The notes under the pieces: model-generated | Told to the model about the DNA's origin: nothing | Database searches by the model: none | What the model saw: only the letters and a program-made list of their open reading frames with translations | Part shown: positions 1 through 12,325 of the stretch, piece by piece | Layout of the letters: each line of letters starts with the position of its first letter | How positions within the stretch are numbered: the first letter of the stretch is position 1 | Program-made: the position numbers and the translations under genes | Assembly (NCBI GenBank): GCA_951406725.2 | Contig: OX597819.1 | Location: 18,910,001 to 18,974,000, forward strand | Length of the DNA: 64,000 bases | Reading direction: 5' to 3' | Source of the DNA: Octopus vulgaris | Lineage: Eukaryota

Positions 1-21
1 TGCAGATCAAAATATATGAAC

Positions 22-33
22 ATATATATATAT

Positions 34-68
<35 letters not shown>

Positions 69-205
69 ATTTTTTTCATCAATATTTAAGTGAAGTAACA
101 GAGTGACTAAAAGCCCGAAAGTTTCGTGCGGAAGCACTTACCAAGTTTGATAAGTGCCAGCACACGAGTTACTTTGCTACTTTTATTTTATACTTGCATA
201 CAAAT

Positions 206-299
<94 letters not shown>

Positions 300-312
300 C
301 ATACATACATAT
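22..312. repeat. (TA)n microsatellite tracts flanking a short structured unique segment (~75-200)
   Basis: Direct reading. Representative of dozens of (TA)n/(CA)n tracts across the window. Confidence 0.95.
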
Positions 313-501
313 AAACACACACGCGCGCGCACACACATACGTCCATACAGCTCTCCCTGTTCTAAACGAACTTACTTATCCAGTCAAGCGGAAAATACAC
401 TCCCTAACTACGCGCTAAAAATCTATTTAAAATATCCACATGACGTCTACTGACCAGCCTGAACAATAATAATTTTCAACAACACTATTTTCGAAAATTC
501 T

Positions 502-705
502 AAACATTCACGTGACCTCTTCATTATGGCCAATAAGAAATTTTAGGCGGGACACTAGCCAAATTTTAACTTCTCTGGAGCCTTTTTTCTTACCCCAACA
601 CCAACTTCCATTCAAACATTCACGTGACCCCTTCATAATGACCAATCAAAATTTTAGGCGCGAAACCAAGCAAATCCCAAACAACTCTGGAGCCTCTTTT
701 TTTCA
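502..705 (+). repeat. Tandem duplication (period 112 bp) carrying CACGTGAC, CCAAT and E2F-like GGCGSGA motifs
   Basis: aaacattcacgtgacc..ccaat..aattttaggcg..ctctggagcct occurs at 502-590 and 614-705. Confidence 0.85.
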
Positions 706-876
706 CATATAAGAGACAGACTCTAATCTCTCTTTTATATTTTGATAAGCATAACAAATGCGCAACCGGTAAAAAGAACTTTCACCTAATTAAATTACTT
801 AAATTACTTCAATTATTTGTCAGCATTTTCTTCATTTCCTTTTTTATATATCACCACTCGTGTTCGACATCTCCTT

Positions 877-923
<47 letters not shown>

Positions 924-925
<2 letters not shown>

Positions 926-1355
926 CGCAGGAGTGGCTGTGTGGTAAGTAGCTTGCTAACCAACCACGTGGTTCTGTGTTCAATCCCACTGTGTGGCATC
1001 TTGGGCAAGTGTCTTCTGCTATAGCCCCGGGCCGACCAATGCCTTGTGAGTGGATTTGGTAGACGGAAACTGAAAGAAGCCTGTCGTATATATGTATATA
1101 TATATATATTTATGTATGTATGTGTGTGTGTGTTTGTGTGTCTGCGTTTGTCCCCCTAGCATTGCTTGACAACCGATGCTGGTGTGTGTTTACGTCCCCG
1201 TCACTTAGCGGTTCGGCAAAAGAGACCGATAGAATAAGTACTGGGCTTACAAAGAATAAGTCCTGGGGTCGAGTTGCTCGATTAAAGGTGGTGCTCCAGC
1301 ATGGCCGCAGTCAAATGACTGAAACAAGTAAAAGAGTAAAGAGTAAAGAGTAAGA

Positions 1356-1357
<2 letters not shown>
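924..1357 (+). mobile_element. SINE family A, full length (tRNA-derived head, internal microsatellite, (GTAAAAGA)n tail)
   Basis: A box TGGCTGTGTGG, B box GTTCAATCC, tail GGTGCTCCAGCATGGCCGCAGTCAAATGACTGAAACAAG. Near-identical copies occur elsewhere in the window. Confidence 0.95.
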
Positions 1358-1423
<66 letters not shown>

Positions 1424-1426
<3 letters not shown>

Positions 1427-1543
1427 CTTTGCTCGAAACGTAGAACTACATTTCTTTCCTTCCCTGAGAGTCTGCTAATACTTCATATATACCACGTCCA
1501 CGCGTTATTGCTTTTTTGTGTTTGTTCTTCATTTTGGAGAATT

Positions 1544-1545
<2 letters not shown>
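1424..1545 (+). mobile_element. PLE-type terminal repeat fragment with the 3' half of a hammerhead
   Basis: GAGC-TTT-GCTC-GAAA-CG-TA. Homologous to 22280-22400 and 39341-39436. Confidence 0.65.
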
Positions 1546-1636
<91 letters not shown>

Positions 1637-1697
1637 TATATACGTATGTATGTTTTGTATGTATGTATATATGCATACATACATACATACATACATA

Positions 1698-1922
1698 TAG
1701 AATCGTTAGCATTCCGGACCAAATGCTTAGCAGCATTTCGTCCGTCTTTACGTTCTGAGTTCAAATTCCGCCAAGTTAAACTTTGCCTTTCATCCTTTCG
1801 AGGTCTATGAAATACATACTAGTTATGTAGTGATAAAATAATACCAGTTATGCAGTGGGGTAGATGTAATCGACTAGCACTCTTCCCCCAAATTTCAGTA
1901 TTTGTGCCTATAGTAGAAAGGA
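1698..1922 (+). mobile_element. SINE family B, partial and diverged
   Basis: agaatcgttagca..gttctgagttcaaattccgcc..gcctttcatcctttcg. Confidence 0.85.
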
Positions 1923-2478
1923 TCTATATATATACATACGTAAAAATTCTATATTTCTATGTATATCTATGTGTGTATATATGCGTCTTTGTGTATGAGT
2001 CCGTGAATGTGTGTGTATGGGTGCGTTTAGACTTGGGTTTACGTACGTATGTTTTTTACGTATGTCTTTTTAAGCTTTTTTGATTTCGCTTTCTTTCATT
2101 GGTCCGAATTTCTATTCCATGAAGCCTTGTGTCGATGAATTTGTCAATTATGGCATTAGTTCCATTCTCATTCACTGCCAGTTTTATCTCAACTCCTTTC
2201 GGTGCCAATGATTTGTCCTTCGTGATCGGTTCAGACTTTGAAGTGTGTCGTAAATCACCATCGTGGGGCTGCTAATTTGTTACGTGTCTTAATCTCGACT
2301 GTGTTCTCGCTGATCCAATATTTAAGAACCTCAACGATTTTGCAACACATCCCTTTATATACACACTACACTCATTACATATACAATTGTGTTCCTTCGA
2401 ATTTATCCGAGAACAGACATTTATCACAAATCTGGAGTGACTTCACACTTATAATTGTTTTGTTCTTTTCATTTCCAT

Positions 2479-2909
2479 TCTTTACTCTTTACTCTCGCTT
2501 TTACTCTTTTACTTGTTTCAGTCATTTGACTGCGGCCATGCTGGAGCACCGCCTTTAGTCGAGGAGCAAATCGACCCCGGGACTTATTCTTTGTAAGCCC
2601 AGTACTTATTCTATCGGTCTCTTTTGCCGAACCGCTAAGTGACGACGACGTAAACACACCAGCATCGGTTGTCAAGCAATGCTAGGGGGACAAACACACA
2701 AACACACAAACATATACACACACACTTATATATATATACATATATACGACAGGCTTCTTTCAGTTTCCGTCTACCAAATCCACTCACAAGGCATTAGTCG
2801 GCCCGGGGCTATAGCAGAAGACACTTGCCCAAGATGCCACGCAGTGGGACTGAACCCGGAACCATGTGGTTGGTTAGCAAGCTACTTACCACACAGCCAC
2901 TCCTGCGCC
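2479..2909 (-). mobile_element. SINE family A, full length
   Basis: Reverse complement of 924-1357. Confidence 0.95.
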
Positions 2910-3564
2910 TCCGAACTTTTGTTATAATTTTGTTGCTAAACGAAACGTAATCCGACTCGCAAATGATAAGGAATAAATGAGCAGAAAGAACATAATTTAC
3001 AGCCAGTTTCTTTTCATAATGTCATCAAATAAATGCCAAACTCCGACCGACGACGCATCCATGTCTTTGTTATGGCAGTTTGATTGCCGGAACACCCCGA
3101 TTCTGAAGCATATGATTAAATCATTACGCAAAGACAGCAGATGTAATCAACTACAATTCACTTTGCTTGCTCTTCATCTATCAATTACATGAAACCAGGA
3201 ATCATCACAATATCTTTTTCTGGCATTAAATTCGCTAAAGAGCAAGAAATTGTTGCAAGGAACAATTTTCGGGGCAATGAGACGTTAAGCACTAAGAAAA
3301 GCTGCGCTGCCTTTTTCATTACGATACGCCGTTACATTGTAGTGGGATATTAAATAGCAGTAAGCTAAGTTCTCTTCATCATATTAATATCTCATCAGCA
3401 AAACCCATAACTATTCGCTTGAACGTAGAGCAAAACATTCCAAAATGTACGGTAAAATGGTTAAAATGAATTTAAAGTAATAGCTTGGCCATTACAAATG
3501 CTTTAAGCGTCAGAAACAGAAACAAATATGCAAGATGCGAGCGTGTGTGTATTTTTGTCATGTA

Positions 3565-3745
3565 TTCTTTATTCGTTAGAGACATTAGACTGCGGCCATG
3601 CTGGGGCATTGGACGAATCAACTAAGATATGTTTTTAAAACCTGGTAGTTGTTCTAACAGACTCATTTGTCGAAAATCTAAGTTATGTGGACATAAACAC
3701 CCGTTATAAAGCGGTGGTGGACATATACACACACACACACATACA
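3565..3745 (-). mobile_element. SINE family A 3' part, degenerate
   Basis: gactgcggccatgctggggca..gacataaacacc. Confidence 0.7.
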
Positions 3746-5314
3746 TGTGCGTGTGTCTGTGTCTCTATATACACATATTCATATACATAGATGCATATGT
3801 ACACATATATACATATATATATACATACATACACATGCATACACATATACATGCATATGTATACATATATATATATATAAATGCATATGTATATATATAT
3901 ATTAAATATCTAGCTATATATGTATGTGTATATATATATATATACATACATATATATATATATATGTATGTGTATATATATATATATACATACATATATA
4001 TTATTAATATATATATTATATATATTTCTTTTATTATATATATATGCATATACACACACAGGCACACACACATATATGCGTATATGAGCATATGTCTCTG
4101 TGTATGCATATACGTATGTGTACATGAATATGTATAAATGGATGTACACGTATTATTTACATTCTAATGTATACAACTTCTAATGCGATACGTCACTTCC
4201 ATATCGTTGCATTTTCAGCCTCATTCGTACTAAAGGTAACATTATATAAATAAGCCCTTGGATTTGTTGCATGACGGGAAATGGAAATACATGTGTAGCG
4301 TCAAATAAATAAATATGAAAGCATTTACAACAGAATATTGAAGAAACGCTATATTGGCATTAATGTATAAGTTTACTAGTACTTACTACACCGTGGCGTC
4401 CTTCATGTCATGGAGCGGAACGAGGCGCCACGAGACGGTTAGGATCAAAGGAAGTGTAACGCAAACATTGTTTGCAGTCTATCAGGTTTCACGGTTGAAC
4501 GATGTTTAATTGTTTGTTTGAAGCCAGTGTTAATGAGAACTTTAACATCAGCCCAGCTGATAAGCTTTTAAATGCAAGGCCAACGAGAACCCTGCTGTTT
4601 GTTCAAATACCATCTTACCTTTGTTTGTAATGCACTAGCAGATACCTAAATATTTGTTCACACAGGCATACACGCATATCTATACATTCCCCTTCATATA
4701 TATATACAGATGCTGAAAATATATGTATACTTGAGCATTCTGATAATATTTATGAAATGTTTGATGAAATATAAATTTCCCTTGCAATATTAATCTAAAT
4801 TTTAGCGAATGGACCTTCATCCGAAGATACATTTTCAATTAAAAATATATCATTATGCTTACAAACACAAGCACGTACGAGTACATAGCAATCTACTTAG
4901 ATGAAGAAAAAATTATGCGTATGATGAAGAGCAAATATGTTTTAGAGATATACATATACACAAATGCAAATAGCCTCACATAATATAAAATAGTGAGTAA
5001 ATGCCTGCACAAGTCGCGTATATTATAATGATGGGTCCACAACAAAGTGAATAATGAAGCAAGACAGATCATGATCGAGATAACTTTGAGCACTATGCTG
5101 GCGTTTATGTATAGCTCAATAGTAATATGCACTCGGGCTGTATTAGGAGATCTCACAAATAGACACATATATATATATATATATATATATCAACTGACAT
5201 ACTAACACACATGTATTCGTATACACATATGCGTATATATATTCAAATATATTTATATATACGCGTGTGTTCAAGGAGATATATTATATGACAAAACGCA
5301 CGCACCCCCTTAAG

Positions 5315-5347
<33 letters not shown>

Positions 5348-5373
5348 ATTTATGTTTGTGTGTGTGTGTGTGC

Positions 5374-5721
5374 GGAGGCGCAATGGTCCAGTGGACTCGA
5401 GGTCGTAGGATCACGGTTTCGATTCCCAGACCGGACGTTGTGAGTGTGTATTGAGCGAAAACACCTAAAGCTCCACGAGTCTCCGGCAGGGGGTAGTGGT
5501 GGAACCTGTTGTACTCTTTCGGCACAAGTTTCTCTCACTCTTTCTTCCTGTTTCTGTTGTACCTCTATTTTATAAGGCTAGCCTTGTCTCACTCTGTATC
5601 ACGCTGAAACTCCCTGAGAACTACGTGAAGGGCATACTTGTCTATGAAGTGCTCAGCCACTTGTACGTTAATTTTAAGCGCAGGCTGTTCCGTTGATCTG
5701 ATAAGCTGGAACCTTCGTCGT
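5374..5721 (+). mobile_element. SINE family C, diverged with deletion in the tRNA head
   Basis: Aligns to 6848-7236 and 48750-49132. Confidence 0.9.
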
Positions 5722-5848
5722 ATGTATGTATATAATGGATAGTGATGGTGAATGGGTAGTATGTGTGTATGAATGTGTGAGTGCGTAAAATATTCAAATG
5801 GGGTAGAATTTATCATTTAGTGTTCAATATAGTGTTCAGGGTGAGGAT

Positions 5849-6077
5849 AGCGAGCTGGCAGAATCGTTAACACGCCCGGCGAAATGCTTAGCGGTATTTC
5901 ACCTGCCATTTTGTTTTGAGGTCAAATTTCGGCGAGGTCGACTCTGCCTTTCATCCTTTCGGGGTCGATAAATTAAGTACCAGTTGCGTACTGGCGTCGG
6001 TGATACCGACTTAACACCTTTGCCTGTCCTTGTTTGCCCCCTCCATGTGTAGCACTCTGAGGGCAATAAAGAAATAA
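5849..6077 (+). mobile_element. SINE family B with AATAAAGAAATAA tail and imperfect TSD
   Basis: Head gcgagctggcagaatcgtt. Flanks aatatagtgttcagggtg and aatatattgctcagggtg. Confidence 0.9.
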
Positions 6078-6119
6078 ATATATTGCTCAGGGTGTATGTT
6101 CGAATTCAATTGAAACAGG

Positions 6120-6268
6120 GATATTCGTTTAGAATTCGTAGAAGAGTATAAATCGATTTTATTGGCCCCAGTATTCCATTGGTGCCTATTTTATCGCCCC
6201 CGGTTAGATGAAAAGCGAAGCTGACATCTACGGAATTTGAACTCAGAAATAAAAGACGGAATAAATGA
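6120..6268 (-). mobile_element. SINE family B fragment, degenerate
   Basis: ggaatttgaactcagaa..gacgga is the reverse complement of the family B head. Confidence 0.65.
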
Positions 6269-6847
6269 CGAAATGGAAACCAAGTTCTTGCGATCGAGAT
6301 TTCAACTCCCAGGACGCGCCTCTTCATCCCGAAATCGCAAGAATGTCCATATTTCGACAAATTTGTTTCTCAATTCAGCCTTACGAAGTTACGACCTACT
6401 GTAAAAAAAATCCATTAAACCGAGTAGCTAAGATCATATCACTGACATTTAAATATTTTCACCAACATTTTACATCAATTTGTTCGACTAAATGCGGTAC
6501 TCCAGCAAGGCCGCTGTCAAATGATTGAAACAAAAAAAAAGAAATAAAAGAATAGAAGAATCTGCTTAGATTTCAAGAACATACATGTATGCTTTGGTTG
6601 GAATAGTCTTTTGCATATTCAACTGTCTTTGTATCTGAGGTCAAATTCCGCCGGGGTCTACTCTGCCTTTCAACCTTTCGCGGACGATACTTTAGGTAAC
6701 AGTTAATATCTAGGACCGATATAATCGACTTCTTCACTCCAGAACATCGCTGACCTCCTGCCACACTAACAAAAGAAATGTGTGTATGTGTGTGACTGTG
6801 TGCGTGCATGTGTGAGTGTGTGCGTGAGCGTGTGTACGGATTCTCAA

Positions 6848-7236
6848 GTGGAGGCGCAATGGCCCAGTGGTTAGGGCAGCGGACTCGCGGTCATACGATC
6901 GCGGTTTCGATTCCCAGACCGGGCGTTGTAAGTGTTTATTGAGCGAAAACACCTAGAGCTCCACGAGGCTCCGGCAGGGGATGGTGGTGATCCCTGCTGT
7001 ACGCTTTCACCACAACTTTCTCTCATTCTTACTTCCTGTTTCTGTTGTACCTGTATTTCAAGGGGCCGGCCTTGTCACTCTCTGTGTCACGCTGAATATC
7101 CCCGAGAACTACGTTAAGGGTACACGTGTCTGTGGAGTGCTCAGCCACTTACACGTTAATTTCACGAGCAGGCTGTTCCGTTGATTCGGATCAACCGGAA
7201 CCCTCATCGTCGTAACCGACGGAGTGCTTCCATCCA
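6848..7236 (+). mobile_element. SINE family C, full length, 13-bp TSD
   Basis: tRNA-like head GGAGGCGCAATGGCCCAGTGGTTAGG..GGTTTCGATTCC. TSD tacggattctcaa at 6835-6847 and 7237-7249. Confidence 0.95.
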
Positions 7237-7720
7237 TACGGATTCTCAAAATATTAGAATTTGCAACCTAATTCTCGATTAGTCTGCTGCCTTCTTTGGA
7301 GACATTACGGCTATTTCCAGCATACTGAGAGATCTCGAATGCGTTCCTTGAATATACAACTTATCGTTATTAAAAAAAGGAAAGGAGAAGGACAAATGGA
7401 CATTGTATGATAGGGTTTTCAGGTCACTGACGAAGGAGAGGCATTCTCGTTCACATGAAGCACAAAACAGATTTTTGTTTGTTACTAATTTACTTTATTC
7501 TTTTATTCTTTTACAAGTTTCAGTCATTTGATTGTGGCCAAGTTGGAGCACCGGCTTTAGTCGACCAAATCGACCACAGGACTTCTTCTTTGCAAGCCTA
7601 GTACGTATTCTATCGGCCTGTTTTGCCGAACCGCTAGTTTACGAGGACGTAAACACACCAGCATCGATTGTCAAGCGATGTTGGAGGGCAAACACAAACA
7701 CACAAACATACACACACACA

Positions 7721-7845
<125 letters not shown>

Positions 7846-7881
7846 GACGGTCTTCTTTCCTTTTTTTCATTAGTTATATTA

Positions 7882-8049
7882 ATCCCCCTGTGGATTGAAG
7901 TTAAAATAATAGATAGAGAACACCCCTGGAAAATACGAAAACTAACAGAAGCAGCGCATATGCTAGGACACAACAACCTCCTAAGCAGACCTAGTGCAGA
8001 TATGAATAGCATATGGGAACCGGTATTAAGGAAGATAGAAAACTATTAG
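7882..8049 (+). pseudogene. PLE GIY-YIG endonuclease C-terminal fragment
   Basis: IPLWIEVKIIDREHPWKIRKLTEAAHMLGHNNLLSRPSADMNSIWEPVLRK* fits the PLE W..VKI.D.E..W..RK..EA.H...N..W pattern. Confidence 0.75.
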
Positions 8050-8093
8050 ATTTATAAGCCCTAAAATTCACTCAATAATTGTCCACCTGCATC

Positions 8094-8144
8094 TGGCTTA
8101 GTGGTTAAGAGCGCGGGCTACTAAACCCAAGATTCTGAGTTCGA
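8094..8144 (+). mobile_element. Truncated tRNA-like SINE head
   Basis: TGGCTTAGTGGTTAAGAGCG..GAGTTCGA (A and B boxes). No acceptor stem. Confidence 0.6.
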
Positions 8145-8264
8145 AAGTTCCCCAAGTCCAGTCACAAGGATTTGGTCGGCCCAAGGTTATAGTAAGGACA
8201 CTTGCCCAAGGTGCCACGCAGTGGGACTGAACTGGGAACCATGTGGTTGGTAAGCAAGCTACTT

Positions 8265-8742
8265 TATTTCGTTAAAATTTGCCATAAAGGCATTAAAAAG
8301 AGTAGCTTGTGGGCTGGACACATACATTGATGAGGTGAATGATGAAAAAAAGGGGGGTGATATTGATGGGAGAAGACAAAAAACACCCGCCGATCTTTTG
8401 CTTCTCTAAAACATTATTTTTTTCCCCCAAAAGTTTAAGACAAAGCGAGGTATTGAACCTCTCACTACAGTTTTTACAATTATTGAACTTAATAGACCAT
8501 TACAAATAATAACATACAATAACATACAATGAAATATTCAATATACAATCAACACTAGTCCATTTAAAAAGGAGGCTTTGAGCCTCTTACACATTATTAC
8601 ACTGAGGCTTTTCAACCTCTTATCAATTTTCCACCTCATCATCGCATGTGCCTGTGTACTTCACCATCGCCCATGCTTCATTTAAAACCAAGGCGGGCTC
8701 TGCGTCGGCGTCACTCGGCCACAAGCGATATTCCCTTTTTAA
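8265..8742 (-). mobile_element. 5'-truncated non-LTR retrotransposon 3' end inserted in SINE A, 14-bp TSD
   Basis: TSD taagcaagctactt at 8251-8264 and 8743-8756. The minus strand ends in AATAAA. Clade uncertain. Confidence 0.75.
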
Positions 8743-9499
8743 TAAGCAAGCTACTTACCACGCAGCCACTCCTGCGCCTATAGAAAGACAGACGAAATAC
8801 AGTTGAGCATTTCACCCGGCGCGCTAACGTTTCTGCCACCTCACCGCCTTACTTCTCTATATTTCAGTACTACTTTATCGTGATGATATACACCTATAAT
8901 CAGCTTCTCTTTGATATTTACAGCCATATTATCTATTACACACTGCTCTATATCCCACACATTAGAAGGGTCAGTTGCGGTTCCCAACAGGTTAAGGTTC
9001 GTTATGGAAATTTCCTCGTTGGCTCTCATTTAGTATAGATAGTTTATGTACCTACTGATCTGGTGTCCTCTTTACAGTGTGAAACCATATATTCAATGAC
9101 GCGTGTCTAATCACACAAGAAAGAATTTGAACATCTTCGCCAACATATTTTATTGACAGCCAGGCGGAATCATTAATTTATAATGGAAAAATACCGCCTG
9201 CTTTGCAAATTCGCTCTAGTTTCGTTAAAGAGGAGAAAGCTGTCGGAATGTGGCAATCTTGAGATGACAGCCATTTAGGCTTGATGCTTTTTTTCTTGCC
9301 AAACCTAAACATTGCAGTCTCACTAACAGTAATTCCATATAAACTGCAAGAGCTGGACGGAAGCCAACTGCTTAACAATTTCACTTGTCAAATTATGTAT
9401 GTATGTATGTATGTATGTATGTATGTATGTATGTATGTATGTATGTATCATATATATAAGAACGTATGTATCATGTGTGATAATATACATATATGTATT

Positions 9500-9720
9500 C
9501 TATTCTCTTATTCTTTTACTTGTTTCAGTTATTTTACAGCGGCCATGTCGGAGCAGCGACTTGAAGGGGGTTTAGTCGGACAAATCGACACCAGGGCAAA
9601 TCGTACTTATTCTATCGCTGTCTTTTGGCGAAGCGACAGGTTACAGGGATGTAGACACACCAACATTTGTTGTCAAAACCTTATGGGAGACAAACACACG
9701 CATAAGACACAAACTCACAC
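9500..9720 (-). mobile_element. SINE family A 3' part, degenerate
   Basis: cttttacttgtttcagt..gcggccatg..gtacttattctatcg. Confidence 0.75.
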
Positions 9721-9779
9721 ACGCGCACACTCACACAGACACACACACACACTTATATATATACATACATATATATATG

Positions 9780-9821
<42 letters not shown>

Positions 9822-9824
<3 letters not shown>

Positions 9825-10060
9825 ATGGTGTCAAAAAGTAGGTTTATAGTTATTCAACTATCTCTTTCACATTTATTCATATATTAACAGTTTTGATCTT
9901 AATTATAAAAATATTATAACACCATTATTCTATACTAAATAAGATAATTTTATCAAGCTCATTTTTCGGTTTGTGAGATAGAAGTTCAAATGTAATAAAA
10001 TGTTTAAAAAAAATTAAAATTGCTCATGGGATAACTGTAAACCTACTTTGGACCACCCTG
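9822..10060. mobile_element. Tc1/mariner-type MITE
   Basis: ~30-bp TIRs: aagatggtgtcaaaaagtaggtttatagttat versus reverse complement cagggtggtccaaagtaggtttacagttat. Flanked by TA. Confidence 0.7.
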
Positions 10061-10166
10061 TATACGCACACGCACACACACACACACATACACACACACA
10101 CACATACACACACACACACATATATATAATATTATATCATATTATATTTTATTCTGTATGAAAAAC

Positions 10167-11600
10167 ATGGTGTCAAAAAGTTCACAGACTAGTTATGTGT
10201 AATAACAAAAAATACCTTATTTCCCTAAGTTTTAACATCATCTCTTTCCAAATTTTCCCCTTGCACAGCAATGCACTGGTCCCAGTGATCCTGCCGCTTC
10301 TGGAGTCGCTTACGGAAAATGACTTTCAAACCCTGAAAGTCATTTTCCCTAAGCGAGTCGAGAAAAATCTACGATTCATTCTAGATCTTGACAACGCTTT
10401 TAAAGCGACGGCCTTTGAGCTGCCTTTTCAGCTTGAGGAAGAGAGGGAAGTCCACAGATATCGCGCAGAAGCGATACCATGTTGTCTTTCGCGATAAACT
10501 TAAGGGTAAGGATAGCTCAATGTCAGGGTGCTCTGGCGTCGTAAAGAATCCAACTCTTCATGCTTCACAGATCTGGTCGCTTTCACCGTATGTCCTCCCT
10601 CAAACGCTTCAATATACCGCAGCAGAACTCTGGAATGACGGGTTGGCCCTAGTGGATGAGTTTTCGATGAACTGTACCACGGATGCCGAAAATAGAAAAA
10701 GAAACAAAAAATGATGAGTATGCTCTTGGTTAAGCTGCGACTCTGTGGTACCTACTTCAGTCGCGGAGATGAAGGCCTCTTCCATTGTAATGACTACTGC
10801 TTCGCCTCAGGGTCGCACCCGAAGACACATCTCTCACCACCGGGGATGATCCACGACATCAAAGATGAGTCATCAGCGGCACGCTGACGGAGAGCTTGAC
10901 AGAGTTGGACGTGGTTTTCTTTTGTTCGGTGGTCAGGTAGCGAGTAACAAACTTAGAAGAGACACGCCACATGTTAAATTCACACGCTAGGATTTCCTGC
11001 ACGGACCCATACCTATTTCTTTATTACCCACAAGGGGCTAAACACAGAGGGGACAAACAAGGACATACATAGGTATTTAGTCGATTACATCGACCCCAGT
11101 GCGTAACTGGTACTTAATTTATCGACCCCGAAAGGATGAAAGGCAAAGTCGACCTCGACGGAATTTGAAATCAGAACGTAACGGCAGACGAAATACCGGT
11201 AAGCATTTCGCCCGACGTGCTAACGTTTCTGCCAGCTCGCCTGCACGGACCCATACCACAAACCAACATCAGCAATATCGTTGGTAGTCCTCCAACGACC
11301 CTCAGGTACAAGCTGATGTGTTTTCTCCATATTTCCGGATGTGACGCATGTGGCGGATCCTCCACATCCATCATCGTCTTCCGCTTTTGAAGCGTCCCTA
11401 CCACTCGGAACATTGCGCTCGACCCATTGCCTCCTCACCATAAGCTTGCCGAAGCATCCCAAGTTTAATGCAAAATATCATGTTCCAACTTCCTCTGCAT
11501 CATGAAATTGCAGGGTACAGCGTACGTGTTATCAAAACAATACGAATTTTATAACTTACAAGGTGAACCCTAGTAATGTCACTCTCATTACACATGCAAC
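10167..11600 (-). mobile_element. Degraded mariner (irritans-like) transposase remnant with nested SINE
   Basis: N-terminal MQRKLE..FCIKLG..LRQAYGEEAMGRAQCSEW*GRFKSGR near 11500-11380. C-terminal HWDQCIAVQGENLERD near 10285-10238. Many frameshifts; ends approximate. Confidence 0.8.
11014..11240 (-). mobile_element. SINE family B, full length, ~18-bp TSD
   Basis: cctgcacggacccatacc at 10996-11013 and 11240-11257. Confidence 0.95.
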
Positions 11601-11690
11601 CGTATGATGCCATCTCTGATGAATTTTTGATTCTACTAATATGGAACACAAAGTTAGTATTTGACACTAATGGATCTGTTGTCATTTCTT

Positions 11691-11736
<46 letters not shown>

Positions 11737-11737
<1 letters not shown>

Positions 11738-11880
11738 CAATTGCAGCGTGGAAGGTGTTTATAAGCCATTTAAGAAACACACAAAAGCCGTTCGCTTCAC
11801 TCCAACATTTAAGTTTAATTTGTCAAAATATTTTCGTCGCTAAAATCCGCGACCTGTTCACTGACAAAGATCCGTGCTGC
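11737..11880 (-). mobile_element. PLE-type terminal repeat abutting (TA)n
   Basis: Highly similar to 19635-19770. Contains a hammerhead motif. Confidence 0.75.
11819..11868 (-). ncRNA. Minimal type I hammerhead ribozyme, G3-C8 variant core
   Basis: Minus strand: UUUGUCA GUGAACA G GUCGC ggauuuua GCGAC GAAA AUAU U U UGACAAA. 7-bp stem I, 5-bp stem II, palindromic loop 3. Confidence 0.8.
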
Positions 11881-12325
11881 ATCTGAGAAAGTAACAGTTA
11901 GTTCGTCATATATATGTACGTATGTATGTGTGTATGTATGCATACATGTGTGTATGTATGTACGTATGCATGTACGTACATACGCCTGTGTATGCATGTG
12001 TGTATGTATGTATATATGTATGTGTGTGTATATGCACGCACATACACTCTATAAACATAAAGCTATAAACCTGTAGCGATGGATAGATGTAGAGTGACCA
12101 CTCATCACAATACTATCAAATTTCAACTTCCTCCGGCCGAAGCCTGGAAGTGATTTACGACCCTTACTCCCAAAACTATACCCTAAAACCTATTATCATA
12201 CATACATACATACATATATACATATATATAGTTTCTGCGTAAATAAGCGTATGCCTTTGTTTTAGTTTACGTATGTGTATGAACTTAGATGCGCGTATTT
12301 GCACCATAGCTTTTCTATATATATA

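Noticed and set aside
1120-1353. Recurrent ORF ..GSAKETDRISTGLTKNKS..VLQHGRSQMTETSK (also 2469, 30164, 61723)
   Set aside because: Chance open frame in the SINE A tail; it recurs because the SINE recurs.
2230-2460. Possible GIY-YIG remnant on the minus strand (NTIVYVM..LKYWISENTVEIK)
   Set aside because: Motif match is too weak and needs several frameshifts.
4893-5168. Hydrophobic 91-aa ORF as a host exon
   Set aside because: No recognisable domain or clear splice context; composition is expected from AT-rich DNA.
6848-6925. Possible tRNA gene
   Set aside because: It is the head of a TSD-flanked SINE with several copies and has no proper acceptor stem.
7426-7452. CTGACGA-A-GGAGA-ggcat-TCTC hammerhead half
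   Set aside because: No GAAA, stem III or stem I partner follows.
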